Assembly: GCA_002839445.1 (NCBI GenBank) | Contig: PGYB01000006.1 | Coordinates: 64,001 to 128,000, forward strand | DNA from: Candidatus Riflebacteria bacterium HGW-Riflebacteria-1 | Lineage (GTDB): Bacteria > Muiribacteriota > Ozemobacteria > Ozemobacterales > Ozemobacteraceae | Direction: 5' to 3' | Length of the DNA stretch: 64,000 nt | Shown here: piece by piece, positions 1-8,575 of the stretch | Layout: each line of letters begins with the position of its first letter | How positions within the stretch are numbered: the stretch's first letter is position 1 | Translations under genes and position numbers: made by a program | Notes under the pieces: model-generated | Seen by the model: the letters and a program-made list of their open reading frames with translations, nothing else | The model's database searches: none | What the model was told of the DNA's origin: nothing

Positions 1-755
1 GCTTTGCTGGCGGCGGCGGCGTCTTTGAGCTTGAGCTGCAGGCGGCAGCGCAGAAAGCTGGTTTCCAGTAAAAAGTCGTTGCTGACGGAGTCGAGCCAGC
101 CAAGGGCCACTTCGTAGTTGCCCTGGCGCAGATGCAGGTTGGCCAGCGCGAAAGCCGGCGAAGTATCGGTCGGATCGAGCGCGAGACATTCGCTGAATAC
201 CATCTCGGCTTCAAGAAAGCGGTCGAGGCGGCCGAGCACGGTGCCTTTGTTGAACAGCGCCGAACGCCTGACGTGCTCATTGTGAGCGAGCTGGTGTGCC
301 TGTTCGAAAGCGCTCAGTGCCTGTTCATTTTCGTCGACGCTCAGATACAGATTGCCAAGAGCGAGGTAAGCTTCTGGAAACTGCGCCTTGAGCTCTACTG
401 CTTTGAGCTGTGCCTGAACGGCCTCGGCGAACTTGTTGTTAAAGCTGAGCGCGAGGCCAAAGTTATACAGGGCTTCAGGTGAATTCGGGTTCTCGCCGAC
501 TGCCTGACCGAGAACAACCTCGGCCTCTTTTGTCTCTCCGGCGGCGAGAAGCCTGGCGCCTTCGTTAACCAGTGCCAGCGAGCCGAGACTTGCCGGGTCA
601 ACGGTTGCCGGGGAAGCCTTGCCTGTTGTAACCGCTGATTTCGCCGGGACAGGAGCGATAGCCTGATCGGCCAGTAGAGATGGCGCAGTTGCAAGGGTAG
701 CGCATACGGCGAACATTAAAAAAGAATTTCTTATCTGTTTGATCGAATTATTCAT
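1..755 (-). CDS. Secreted TPR-repeat protein; its C-terminal part runs off the window edge
   Basis: Minus-strand frame starting at ATG 755 reads MNNSIKQIRNSFLMFAVCATLATAPSLLADQA..., a signal-peptide-like N-terminus followed by TPR-like 34-residue repeats (A..Y..G..L motifs). The frame stays open to position 1 and is not in the ORF track because no stop lies inside the window. Confidence 0.65.
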   Translation of the reverse strand, partial: MNNSIKQIRNSFLMFAVCATLATAPSLLADQAIAPVPAKSAVTTGKASPATVDPASLGSLALVNEGARLLAAGETKEAEVVLGQAVGENPNSPEALYNFGLALSFNNKFAEAVQAQLKAVELKAQFPEAYLALGNLYLSVDENEQALSAFEQAHQLAHNEHVRRSALFNKGTVLGRLDRFLEAEMVFSECLALDPTDTSPAFALANLHLRQGNYEVALGWLDSVSNDFLLETSFLRCRLQLKLKDAAAASK

Positions 756-767
756 GAATTTTGTCTG

Positions 768-1958
768 TCAGTTTTCTTTAAAGGTCGCTGATGTGATAAT
801 GATCGGCGTTCCAACTTTTACCAGTGTAAACAACTCTTCGGCGTCGGCGGTGAACATGCGAACACAACCGCCAGAAGCGCGCGAGCCTATCGATGAAGGG
901 GCCGAGGTTCCGTGCATGCCGATACTGCCGCCCCAACCGGCGGTTATTCCCATCCAGCGGGTGCCGAGCGGATTGTTGGCTGCGCCGCCCTTGATGTCTT
1001 TGTATTGTGGGTTTACTGCCTTATTTGCTACCGAAAACGCACCTTCTGGAGTGCGTTTGTCACCGGTCACCTTTTTGCTTGCGCCATCAGGGTTTGCACC
1101 ATAGGCGATCGGATAGATTCTTACTACTTTGCCGTTTGAATAGAGGGTCGTAGTGAAGTTTGCCTTGTTGATGACGATCTTGTCGAGCTTGCTTTGATTG
1201 TTGCTTAGCTTTTTGACTTCGTCAGAGCCTTTAGCCAGCAGGCTGTAAATGCCGTATTTGGCTCTGAATTCGCGCAGCGCGGCCTGGCTTTCAGCATGAT
1301 TGATGCCACGTTTTGCTACCGACTTCGTGTAAATGTTGTAAGAGATCATGAATTCCTGCTGAGCAAATTCGACCAGCTTTGGTTCGGAGCGCTCTATCAT
1401 CTTTTCTGCGCTGATCAGCGCGACTTGAATCCACTCGTTTTGCTCGCTGATAACCGGAAAAGTTTTTCCAACAGTTGTAGTTGAAACAATCGAATGGCTG
1501 GTAGACGGCCCTGATCTCAGGTTAACTTTATCCTGCGTGATCAGAATGACTTTGCCGACCTGCGCGCACATGTCGTTGCGCAGCCAGGCTCCAGGCTGTT
1601 TGCCAACATCAGCAACTGCCAGCTTTATACAATGCCAGCCCGACTCACTTTTAACGACCGGGTAACGATCGCCACGGCTGACCTGTTGCAGCACCTCATA
1701 AGTGGTGCCTGGGCCAGACCTTACATTTACGGTTCCCTGGGTTATGCTCAGTTGCTTGTTCTCGACAATACCCATATCTCCGCGAACCCAGCCAGTTTTT
1801 TCGGCGGCATTTTTTGCTGCCAACACTCCGCCATTAGCAATGGTAGAAGAAGTTTTATCTACCTCAAATATCGACTGTGCAGCAGAAATAAGGGGAAACA
1901 CCAGCATGATAGCGAACATCAGCCAGATTACGGGGCGCATGAGACAACTTTTCTTCAT
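768..1958 (-). CDS. L,D-transpeptidase (YkuD domain) with two bacterial SH3-like domains
   Basis: HGT...SGGCVRM catalytic motif near the C-terminus. Two VN(V/L)RSGPxT SH3b-like segments. Signal peptide starting at the MKKS start. GGAGGG RBS lies 7 nt upstream of ATG 1958. Confidence 0.8.
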   Translation of the reverse strand: MKKSCLMRPVIWLMFAIMLVFPLISAAQSIFEVDKTSSTIANGGVLAAKNAAEKTGWVRGDMGIVENKQLSITQGTVNVRSGPGTTYEVLQQVSRGDRYPVVKSESGWHCIKLAVADVGKQPGAWLRNDMCAQVGKVILITQDKVNLRSGPSTSHSIVSTTTVGKTFPVISEQNEWIQVALISAEKMIERSEPKLVEFAQQEFMISYNIYTKSVAKRGINHAESQAALREFRAKYGIYSLLAKGSDEVKKLSNNQSKLDKIVINKANFTTTLYSNGKVVRIYPIAYGANPDGASKKVTGDKRTPEGAFSVANKAVNPQYKDIKGGAANNPLGTRWMGITAGWGGSIGMHGTSAPSSIGSRASGGCVRMFTADAEELFTLVKVGTPIIITSATFKEN

Positions 1959-2088
1959 AGTGATCCCTCCGAAGGGTGGCATACATTATTTGATTATACG
2001 GTTTGCAGCCACTTACGTCAAACAGCGGCGCGGCATTTTCCAGTCTGTGATCTGATTTCTAATTTCTGAAAAGTCAGGAATACCGCGT

Positions 2089-4365
2089 TCAGCGCCTGCT
2101 AAATGCCTGAAAAAGATTGGCATAGTCGTCTGTCCACAAACTGCATGCCCGTTCAACAACAATTTCTTCCCAGCGCTTGTAACGCTTTATCGCGGCAAAA
2201 GCCGCAGGGTCTGAGGCAACAGCGACCCATTGCGAGTTGAATATTTGTGCAAAATCATACCAGTCGTAACGTAATGAGTATCTTGTCGTGATGTCTCGCG
2301 AAATCAGGCAATAAAGGCCCAGTTCGTCGCAAATGCGTTTGATAACCGGTGCCAGGTCAAAATAGTTGTTGCTCACGTGAAAAAGCATCAAACCATCCGG
2401 TCTTGTTTTAGACTGATAGAGACGAAAAGCCTCAGTGGTCATGAGGTGAAGCGGAATTGCATCAGACGAATAGGCATCTAAAACCAGAAGATCGTATTTA
2501 TGATCAGGGATGCCCTGCAGGACAACCCGGGCATCGCCAACATGATTTTTCCAGGAAGCCTTTGATTTTGCAAGATAAGTAAACAACTTTGCGTCTTCTG
2601 CAATTTCAACCACTTTCGGGTCTATTTCAAAAAAGTCGAAGTGCTGCCATGGTCGACCATACCAGGCCAGAGTACCGACGCCAAGCCCCACTACTCCAAC
2701 CTGACGAAACCGACGCCCGACCAGCCCGGCTCTAAACGCAGCTCCTATTGGACTTTCCCTTGAATAATAAGCCAGGGGAAAAGCCCTCCGCATGCTGGTT
2801 ATGCGTCGCTCTATGCCATGCATTGTTGTACCATGCTGCAGAGTATAGAAAATATCTGTAAGTCCGGATACTGCCAAGTCCCGGTCGTTTTCTTTACCCT
2901 GGTTGGTTACGCGAGCGACCTTGAGCACGCCAAAAAAACTCCGTGCAGTAAACACAACATCTGAGGCCTTTTTCATCTGCACAAAAGGGCCGGCGGCGAG
3001 AAGAATGACTAAAGGAACCCAGACCAGTTTTTGCATGCGAAAAAAGGCATCGATAAACAGCAACCCGAGCGGCACGAGAAAAATGCCGCCCTGTTGCGCA
3101 AAACGCCTCATGTTGCCTTCATCCAGCCATGCCATTGCTACCATTGCCAGCAGAAACAGAGTATAGATCACGCACTTTCTGGCAAGCGAAAAATCCTGAA
3201 CTGTTAATTTCCGCGACATCGCAGAAGCGAGGATAACGGCAACAAAAAGCGTCAATAAGTATTCTGCCTGTGTCGCTAAAAGCATGGGGGCCAAAATACT
3301 GTTGAACAGGCCACCGAGAACTCCGCCAACTGACATCCAGACATAAAATGAATTCAAAAGCACGGGTGCGGGCCGGTCGTTGGCAAGACGCCCATGAAAA
3401 TACATACAGATCAGGAACATGGCGAGAAGATGTAATGGTATCGTCAGCCACATGCGTTCGACAAGCCCGAGATAATACATGATCATTGCCAGCAGAGCTG
3501 TCGGATACATATAGTTTTCCCATCTGATTTCTCGCCAGCGCGGGCTGCGCGCAAAAACCAGAATGAATGAAATCAGATAAAGTGATAATGGGATTACCCA
3601 CAGAAGCGGCAAAGAAGCAATGTCGGTCGATATATGCGTGGTAACAGCAAGCATGGCGCTGCATGGAACGAAGCCCATGAGGCACCAGAACAGCGACTGG
3701 CGCCAGGTTGACTGAGACTGAGCCGCTGCTGGTATGACGCTGTCTGAAATGTTCTGCGGTTGCCGGCGCTGACCGGTTTGCCAGAAGACAATGCAGCAGA
3801 TGGTTACCAGGCAGGTTTGCAGGACATAAAGAGCTGACCAGAGTTGGCGTTGAACGGTAAGCGTCATGAACGGCTCAATCAGCAGAGGGTAAGCCAGCAG
3901 AGCCAGCAGACTGCCGGTATTACTAGCTGCGTAGAGAAAATAAGGGTCGTGCGAATCTGTTTGCCCCGCCTGCGAATAATATCTCTGCAACAGCGGTGCA
4001 TTGGCTGAGATCATGAAAAACAAAAAACCGATCGAAGCAGACAATCTGGTCATAAGCCAGGTGACCGGATTATTGACGGCCGACCCGGCGGCACTGATAT
4101 CAATATGCAACGGCAGCAGCATAAAACCGCCGGTCATCAAAAGGATATGCAAGGTAGACTGGCGCTGACTGCCTAGATAGCGCAGGGCCTTTTCGGCATA
4201 GAGATATCCGCCCAGCAGCATCAACTGGAAAAAAAGCATGCAGGTAATCCAGACCGCTGGAGCACCGCCCATTGCTGGCAGCAGAAGCTTGCCAACCATT
4301 GGCTGAATCAAAAAAAGCAGGAAGGAGCCGACAAAGATACTCAATGAAAAAATTGCGGCTACCAT
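2089..4365 (-). CDS. Polytopic membrane protein fused to a spermidine-synthase-like (PABS fold) C-terminal domain
   Basis: About 480 hydrophobic N-terminal residues with many TM segments. C-terminal segment VVGLGVGTL...DLLVLDAYSSDAIP resembles the spermidine synthase methyltransferase fold. Confidence 0.65.
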   Translation of the reverse strand: MVAAIFSLSIFVGSFLLFLIQPMVGKLLLPAMGGAPAVWITCMLFFQLMLLGGYLYAEKALRYLGSQRQSTLHILLMTGGFMLLPLHIDISAAGSAVNNPVTWLMTRLSASIGFLFFMISANAPLLQRYYSQAGQTDSHDPYFLYAASNTGSLLALLAYPLLIEPFMTLTVQRQLWSALYVLQTCLVTICCIVFWQTGQRRQPQNISDSVIPAAAQSQSTWRQSLFWCLMGFVPCSAMLAVTTHISTDIASLPLLWVIPLSLYLISFILVFARSPRWREIRWENYMYPTALLAMIMYYLGLVERMWLTIPLHLLAMFLICMYFHGRLANDRPAPVLLNSFYVWMSVGGVLGGLFNSILAPMLLATQAEYLLTLFVAVILASAMSRKLTVQDFSLARKCVIYTLFLLAMVAMAWLDEGNMRRFAQQGGIFLVPLGLLFIDAFFRMQKLVWVPLVILLAAGPFVQMKKASDVVFTARSFFGVLKVARVTNQGKENDRDLAVSGLTDIFYTLQHGTTMHGIERRITSMRRAFPLAYYSRESPIGAAFRAGLVGRRFRQVGVVGLGVGTLAWYGRPWQHFDFFEIDPKVVEIAEDAKLFTYLAKSKASWKNHVGDARVVLQGIPDHKYDLLVLDAYSSDAIPLHLMTTEAFRLYQSKTRPDGLMLFHVSNNYFDLAPVIKRICDELGLYCLISRDITTRYSLRYDWYDFAQIFNSQWVAVASDPAAFAAIKRYKRWEEIVVERACSLWTDDYANLFQAFSRR

Positions 4366-4641
4366 TTTCAGACCATATTAATCTGAGAAAAAGTGTTTGA
4401 AGGAATCATGTCGGCAAGTCTATCACGATAAGCTGGAACCTTACTATCTGATTTATCAGATATATTTGAGATCGACCAGGTCCCCATAAATGCCAGCTCA
4501 GAATTGACAGAGAATAACTTGTAATTGCTCTCGAATCATTTGCTGTCCTGAAATTGACATTAACCATCCTTGATGATAGTCTCCCGGTTATGTCTGGGGA
4601 TTTATGGTGATCCGGGTCATCAAAATCAAAAAGGATAAAAT

Positions 4642-5199
4642 ATGAAAAATTTCTCGACCCTGTTTCTACTTGTTTGTCTGGTTTTCTGCTCATTTGTACC
4701 AGCTTTTTCGGCTGACGAATTCACCTACGAAGATGGCAAAGTTGATCTGGTATGTCCGGACGGCTGGAAACACACCATAACTGAAGAATCTCTCACCATG
4801 AGCTCTCCAGACGGTGCTGTTCAGTTCGTTTTTGAACTGCTCGAAGCAGACGATCTTGTGGCTGGCATTGAGCAGGCTCACAAAGAGATTAACGCTGCTG
4901 TTGGCGAAACCACTTTCGGCGAACCAGTTGAAGAAAAAATCAACGGTATGGATGCTTTGACGTTCACCGGCACCTGCCCCGCCAAAGGCCTCGAAATAAT
5001 ACTCTCAATCATAGACACTCCAGCCGACAACGCGCTCTGTGTTTATTACTTCGCCGCCAAAGCTGCAGAAGAAACTCACGCAGCCGGAATTGCCGAAGTC
5101 ATTAATGGCATTCGCCCGGCTGTCGTAGAAGCCGCCGGTGACGAAGAAACCGACGCCGACGCTGACGCTGGCGATGAAGAAGAAGGCGACGTAGAATAA
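4642..5199 (+). CDS. Secreted hypothetical protein with an acidic D/E-rich C-terminal tail
   Basis: Signal peptide MKNFSTLFLLVCLVFCSFVPAFSA. The C-terminus is rich in Asp and Glu. Confidence 0.55.
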   Translation: MKNFSTLFLLVCLVFCSFVPAFSADEFTYEDGKVDLVCPDGWKHTITEESLTMSSPDGAVQFVFELLEADDLVAGIEQAHKEINAAVGETTFGEPVEEKINGMDALTFTGTCPAKGLEIILSIIDTPADNALCVYYFAAKAAEETHAAGIAEVINGIRPAVVEAAGDEETDADADAGDEEEGDVE

Positions 5200-5236
5200 T
5201 TTCTGCTTTTCTTTTACGCTGCCCGGCAGGATTTTC

Positions 5237-5281
5237 AAAACAGGTGCTTGCTAAGATTCTTGGCAGGCGCCTGTTTTCATG
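5237..5281. terminator. Rho-independent terminator (bidirectional) between convergent genes
   Basis: 15-bp stem aaaacaggtgcttgc/gcaggcgcctgtttt with two G-U pairs and an 11-nt loop, flanked by an A-run and a T-run. Confidence 0.6.
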
Positions 5282-5343
5282 CTGGCAACTCTATTGTCTC
5301 AGCGAATCTGATTACTCAAAATTAGAGTATCGTACCTCTGCTG

Positions 5344-5745
5344 CTATATTTTTTGCAGGGATTCGAGCTTAAGTTCATCAATTCTGCTGAAGTGGTCTTT
5401 ATTGTTGGTTAATACTGATAAATTCATATACATGGCAGTTGCCGCAATCAGCAGATCCATGTCGTCCATTCTTTTGCCCGATGATTCAAGGCGGGCTTTG
5501 AGCTCGCCGAATACTTCCATTATGCCTTTGTTTATATCTATGACCGGAAACAGTTCGGCAACCCGATTGGCAGTTGCCATGTTTTTTTCGGGGTAACGCG
5601 ACTTTCGGGCTCCATAAACAAGCTCACCATAAGTGACAACAGAAATAAATTTTGGCAGATTCTTGTTTTCTAGCATCCACCGGTGTACCGTTTCATTCCC
5701 TTTAAGGCTGTAGATGATGATGTCGGTATCAATCAAAAATGCCAT
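5344..5745 (-). CDS. vapC: PIN-domain toxin (VapC family)
   Basis: MAFLIDTDIIIY... PIN signature with conserved acidic residues. It overlaps the upstream antitoxin gene. Confidence 0.8.
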   Translation of the reverse strand: MAFLIDTDIIIYSLKGNETVHRWMLENKNLPKFISVVTYGELVYGARKSRYPEKNMATANRVAELFPVIDINKGIMEVFGELKARLESSGKRMDDMDLLIAATAMYMNLSVLTNNKDHFSRIDELKLESLQKI

Positions 5746-6007
5746 TCTTCCCTCCAAAACGGGTTGAGCCGGTGCGGGCGCTTCTTATATCTGCAACAAT
5801 TTCTTCAGCGCTCTTCTCATCTTTCCAGCCGCCGGTGAGGGCAATAAACTCCTGGGTCGCGTTCGCCGAACCTGACTGCATCGAACTCAGGTAATCCTGA
5901 ATTATCGTTATGACTTCCTGACTGATAGAACGATTGTGCAGTTTGGCCGACCTCTTCAGAAAGTCGTATAACCGGTCATCTATATCTCTGACCTGCAATA
6001 TTGCCAT
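5729..6007 (-). CDS. vapB: Ribbon-helix-helix (Arc/MetJ-type) antitoxin partner of VapC
   Basis: MAILQVRDIDDRLYDFLKRSA... N-terminal RHH pattern. AGGAGG lies 7 nt upstream of ATG 6007. The gene overlaps the vapC start. Confidence 0.7.
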   Translation of the reverse strand: MAILQVRDIDDRLYDFLKRSAKLHNRSISQEVITIIQDYLSSMQSGSANATQEFIALTGGWKDEKSAEEIVADIRSARTGSTRFGGKNGIFD

Positions 6008-6043
6008 CTTCAACACCTCCTGCTCACTATAAGTATATTTATT

Positions 6044-6076
6044 TGCGCATGAATTTGCAAGCAAATTGCATGAAAC
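6044..6076. promoter_or_regulatory. Candidate operator for vapBC autoregulation, a semi-palindromic sequence
   Basis: tgcgcatgaatttgcaagcaaattgcatgaaac. It has a perfect inverted repeat atttgc-aa-gcaaat flanked by direct gcatgaa repeats, about 40-70 nt upstream of the vapB start. Confidence 0.3.
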
Positions 6077-6138
6077 TAGGGGTTTAGCCTTGCAAAAGCG
6101 TTCAAGCAGGCAAGTTCCTCTGATTATTTATTAAGGAA

Positions 6139-6570
6139 TCAGGCTCGAGTGAACAGTTCGGCTGGCAGCGAGAATCGTTTGGCCAGCAGGCCGGCGTGGC
6201 GCTTGTTGATGCGGCGTTTTCCTGACAGTATTTCGGAAACCACGCCCTGGCTGCCGATGTCTGCAAGGTCAACCTGCTTGAGACCCTGTTCGATCATCAG
6301 ATTGCGCAACAGTTCAGCTCCTGAGACCATCGGAATCTGATGATGTTCACGATCATAGTCTTCGACCAGCACTTCGAGGGTTTCCAGCAGACCAACCAAT
6401 GGATGCCGTGGGTCATCGTTCACCAGATCGGAAATATACTCCAGCGCATGCACTACCAGGTCATACTGCTTGCGCGAGCGAATCCGCGACAATGGAATAT
6501 CTCTGGTAAGCCTTGACCATGCCGAAACAAAATCATTGCCGAACAAAACCGGACTTGCGATACTACGCAT
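6139..6570 (-). CDS. higA: HigA-family antitoxin (C-terminal XRE helix-turn-helix)
   Basis: C-terminal ELLRNLMIEQGLKQVDLADIGSQGVVSEILSGKRRIN is a typical HTH. Its size and domain order match HigA. Confidence 0.75.
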   Translation of the reverse strand: MRSIASPVLFGNDFVSAWSRLTRDIPLSRIRSRKQYDLVVHALEYISDLVNDDPRHPLVGLLETLEVLVEDYDREHHQIPMVSGAELLRNLMIEQGLKQVDLADIGSQGVVSEILSGKRRINKRHAGLLAKRFSLPAELFTRA

Positions 6571-6706
6571 TTTTCCAGCTCCCTCTGTCGTATTCCGCGT
6601 GGGTCATTACATGACGCACATAAACCCGGCCGCGATTGAAATGGATCCCGCAGACGATCCGGGAGTTGTTGCCACCGACGTTAAAGACATATTGCCTGCT
6701 GAGCGG
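6563..6706 (-). pseudogene. higB: Remnant of a HigB/RelE-family toxin gene: only the C-terminal half remains, with no start codon and in-frame stops upstream
   Basis: Minus frame reads ...PLSRQYVFNVGGNNSRIVCGIHFNRGRVYVRHVMTHAEYDRGSWKNA*, matching the HigB C-terminal consensus (YVFNVGGNE...YIREVMTHKEYD). TAA and TGA stops lie just upstream in this frame. The neighbouring gene ends 27 nt away. Confidence 0.55.
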
Positions 6707-6732
6707 TTAAACTCAGGTTTGCAAAGGATTAG

Positions 6733-7323
6733 TCAGCCGGTGATTGCCCTGAGAATCTGGTTGCGGAGCTTGCCGATGTTGGCTTTTACGGCTGGTGGAA
6801 AGGGCAAAACGAACGCCTGCTCGGCCGTATCGCTGACAAAGCGGATGACAGCGCCGGAAAGCCCCCTGCCCTGCAGTGCTTCAGCGAAAAAGAAGCTTTC
6901 CATATCGACCAGGCTGGCATTGTGTTTTGTTGCCAGCTGTTCGCGGCTTTCTTTTGTTGTTGCCGGCTGATCAACCGTTACTATTGCTGCTGTCGGCAGA
7001 TCTGTGGTGTTCGGTAAATCGAGCTTGCGGTCGCCATAAATAAGCGTGTTGCAGCAGAACAGCTGGCCGATTTGCAGATCAGGCGTGAGCGCGCCGGCGG
7101 CGCCAAAAAGAATGACACGCAGATAGCCGGCGCGAGCAAGCTCGCGCTCCAGCAGCGCGATCAGCGGGGCACAGCCCGCCGCGTTGGCAGTGGCCAGCCG
7201 CCCGCCTGCGAAAGTCCAGGATGTTGCGTCGGTTTGCCGGCAATCGGGCAGAATGCCGGCCAGCAGTCGGGCTTCAGCCTTGAACGGCGAAAGAATAAGC
7301 GTTTTTCGTTCTGACGGGTTCAC
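6733..7323 (-). CDS. MTA/SAH-nucleosidase or PNP-family hydrolase (futalosine-hydrolase-like size)
   Basis: VDMESFFFAEAL and IRFVSD match the MTAN motifs VEMEATAIA and RAISD. It is about 196 aa. Confidence 0.7.
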   Translation of the reverse strand: MNPSERKTLILSPFKAEARLLAGILPDCRQTDATSWTFAGGRLATANAAGCAPLIALLERELARAGYLRVILFGAAGALTPDLQIGQLFCCNTLIYGDRKLDLPNTTDLPTAAIVTVDQPATTKESREQLATKHNASLVDMESFFFAEALQGRGLSGAVIRFVSDTAEQAFVLPFPPAVKANIGKLRNQILRAITG

Positions 7324-8369
7324 TTCTGCAAGCTCCGGTCGAGCATTTTTTTGAGGTCGGCGTTGGTGAAATTACACTGTTTAAGGCGTTCCCAGACTTC
7401 TGGAGTTTCCATGCACATGTAGACTGGCACGTCGGCAAAGTATTTCTGCAGGCCGGCGCGCGCGAAATTGTAGATCTGCTCGCGGAAAGGCCTGAAATAC
7501 CTGATTTTACCATCTGTTGACGGATAAAATTCTTCTGCAAAAATGCCGGTGTCGGGGTGATACTTTTCGACGTATTCCTGAAAGCCTTTTGGAAAGCGGA
7601 ACGTACCCAGCGAAATCCAGTTGATTTTAAGACCGTGCAGATATTCGTGCATAAGCGCGAAAACCTCAGAATACTTTTGTTGCCAATCTTGCAGTGGCAG
7701 CAGCGGGTCAAAATGAAACGCCAGGGCACAGCCTTTCTCGCGCGCGGCCGTGGCCGCAGCAGCAAGACGGTCGCGCAGTGACGCGGCGCCGTGTTCGAGG
7801 CGGTCGATGTATTCCTGCGGGTTGAGCGAAAAAGCGAGAGTGACATGACGGGCATCTTTTGCCTGAATGATTGGGGCAATATCTGCGCTTTTGCTTTTTA
7901 CTTCGAGCGTGAAATCGTGCATTCCGACGGTCCAGTCGATAATCGCAGCGTTGAGTGGGAATATCCCTTCAAGCGCGAGCGGGTCGCCGAACTGACCGGT
8001 GCCCAGACGGATTGGCCCGCTGATTCGCTTTCTGAGCTCGACAATCTCGCGCTGGCAGTCTTCCCAGTTCAAAAAGAGCGTCACATCGCCGGCGCCAGTA
8101 TAATTCTGAATTATGCAGTATTCGCACTCGAACGGGCAGCCCATACCCCACTCTACGACCCAGTAACCGCAGCAGACGCTGCCTTTCTGGCCAGGACAGG
8201 GTTTTATAAACGCGCCGCGGTTAAGCGTCAGCAGCAGGCCATTGCCAGGATGCTGCTCGCCGCTGACCTCGTGTTTATGCTCAAACTTGATCGCACTCTC
8301 GATCTGTTTTGCCAGCGGCAGGTCTTTGACCTCAGAGTCGATGTAAAGGTTTCTGAAGCTTAAAGTCAT
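7320..8369 (-). CDS. SPL-family radical SAM protein (spore photoproduct lyase-like)
   Basis: GCPFECEYC is a CxxxCxxC radical SAM cluster motif. Length is about 350 aa. It overlaps the downstream nucleosidase gene by 4 nt. Confidence 0.7.
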   Translation of the reverse strand: MTLSFRNLYIDSEVKDLPLAKQIESAIKFEHKHEVSGEQHPGNGLLLTLNRGAFIKPCPGQKGSVCCGYWVVEWGMGCPFECEYCIIQNYTGAGDVTLFLNWEDCQREIVELRKRISGPIRLGTGQFGDPLALEGIFPLNAAIIDWTVGMHDFTLEVKSKSADIAPIIQAKDARHVTLAFSLNPQEYIDRLEHGAASLRDRLAAAATAAREKGCALAFHFDPLLPLQDWQQKYSEVFALMHEYLHGLKINWISLGTFRFPKGFQEYVEKYHPDTGIFAEEFYPSTDGKIRYFRPFREQIYNFARAGLQKYFADVPVYMCMETPEVWERLKQCNFTNADLKKMLDRSLQK

Positions 8370-8572
8370 TGAATATCCTCAGGGGTTCTGGCCGGGCAAC
8401 TGTGAACCGGCTGCAGAATCTCACAGTTACCAAATCTTTCGTTGTCTTTGTCCGCAATACGAGGCGTTGTAGTTATCGGCATCCATTGAAAATGATAACG
8501 AGCAGAGGGTGATGCTGCTGTAATAATCGTATATTTTGCGTCCGGATTTGTTTTTTGAATTAGTGCAAGCAT
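8366..8572 (-). CDS. Small hypothetical ORF; may instead be an AT-rich promoter spacer
   Basis: 68-codon ORF whose stop overlaps the radical SAM gene start. GC is lower than in the flanking genes and it has no recognisable motif. Confidence 0.2.
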   Translation of the reverse strand: MLALIQKTNPDAKYTIITAASPSARYHFQWMPITTTPRIADKDNERFGNCEILQPVHSCPARTPEDIQ

Positions 8573-8575
8573 GCG

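Noticed and set aside
132-482. Plus-strand ORF 132..482 (and minus 395..694) at the window start
   Set aside because: They are antisense or out of frame to the clearly protein-like minus-strand TPR gene (1..755). They have no motifs or RBS.
2903-3791. ORFs 2903..3166(+), 3119..3685(-), 3594..3791(-) inside the large membrane/PABS gene
   Set aside because: Alternative-frame or antisense ORFs inside a well-supported 758-aa gene. Their amino-acid composition is typical of GC-rich non-coding frames.
8366-8572. 68-codon ORF between the ParB-like and radical SAM genes as a real small protein
   Set aside because: It is kept only as a very low-confidence feature. Local GC is low and the region looks like promoter or spacer DNA. 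The start-stop overlap could be coincidental.
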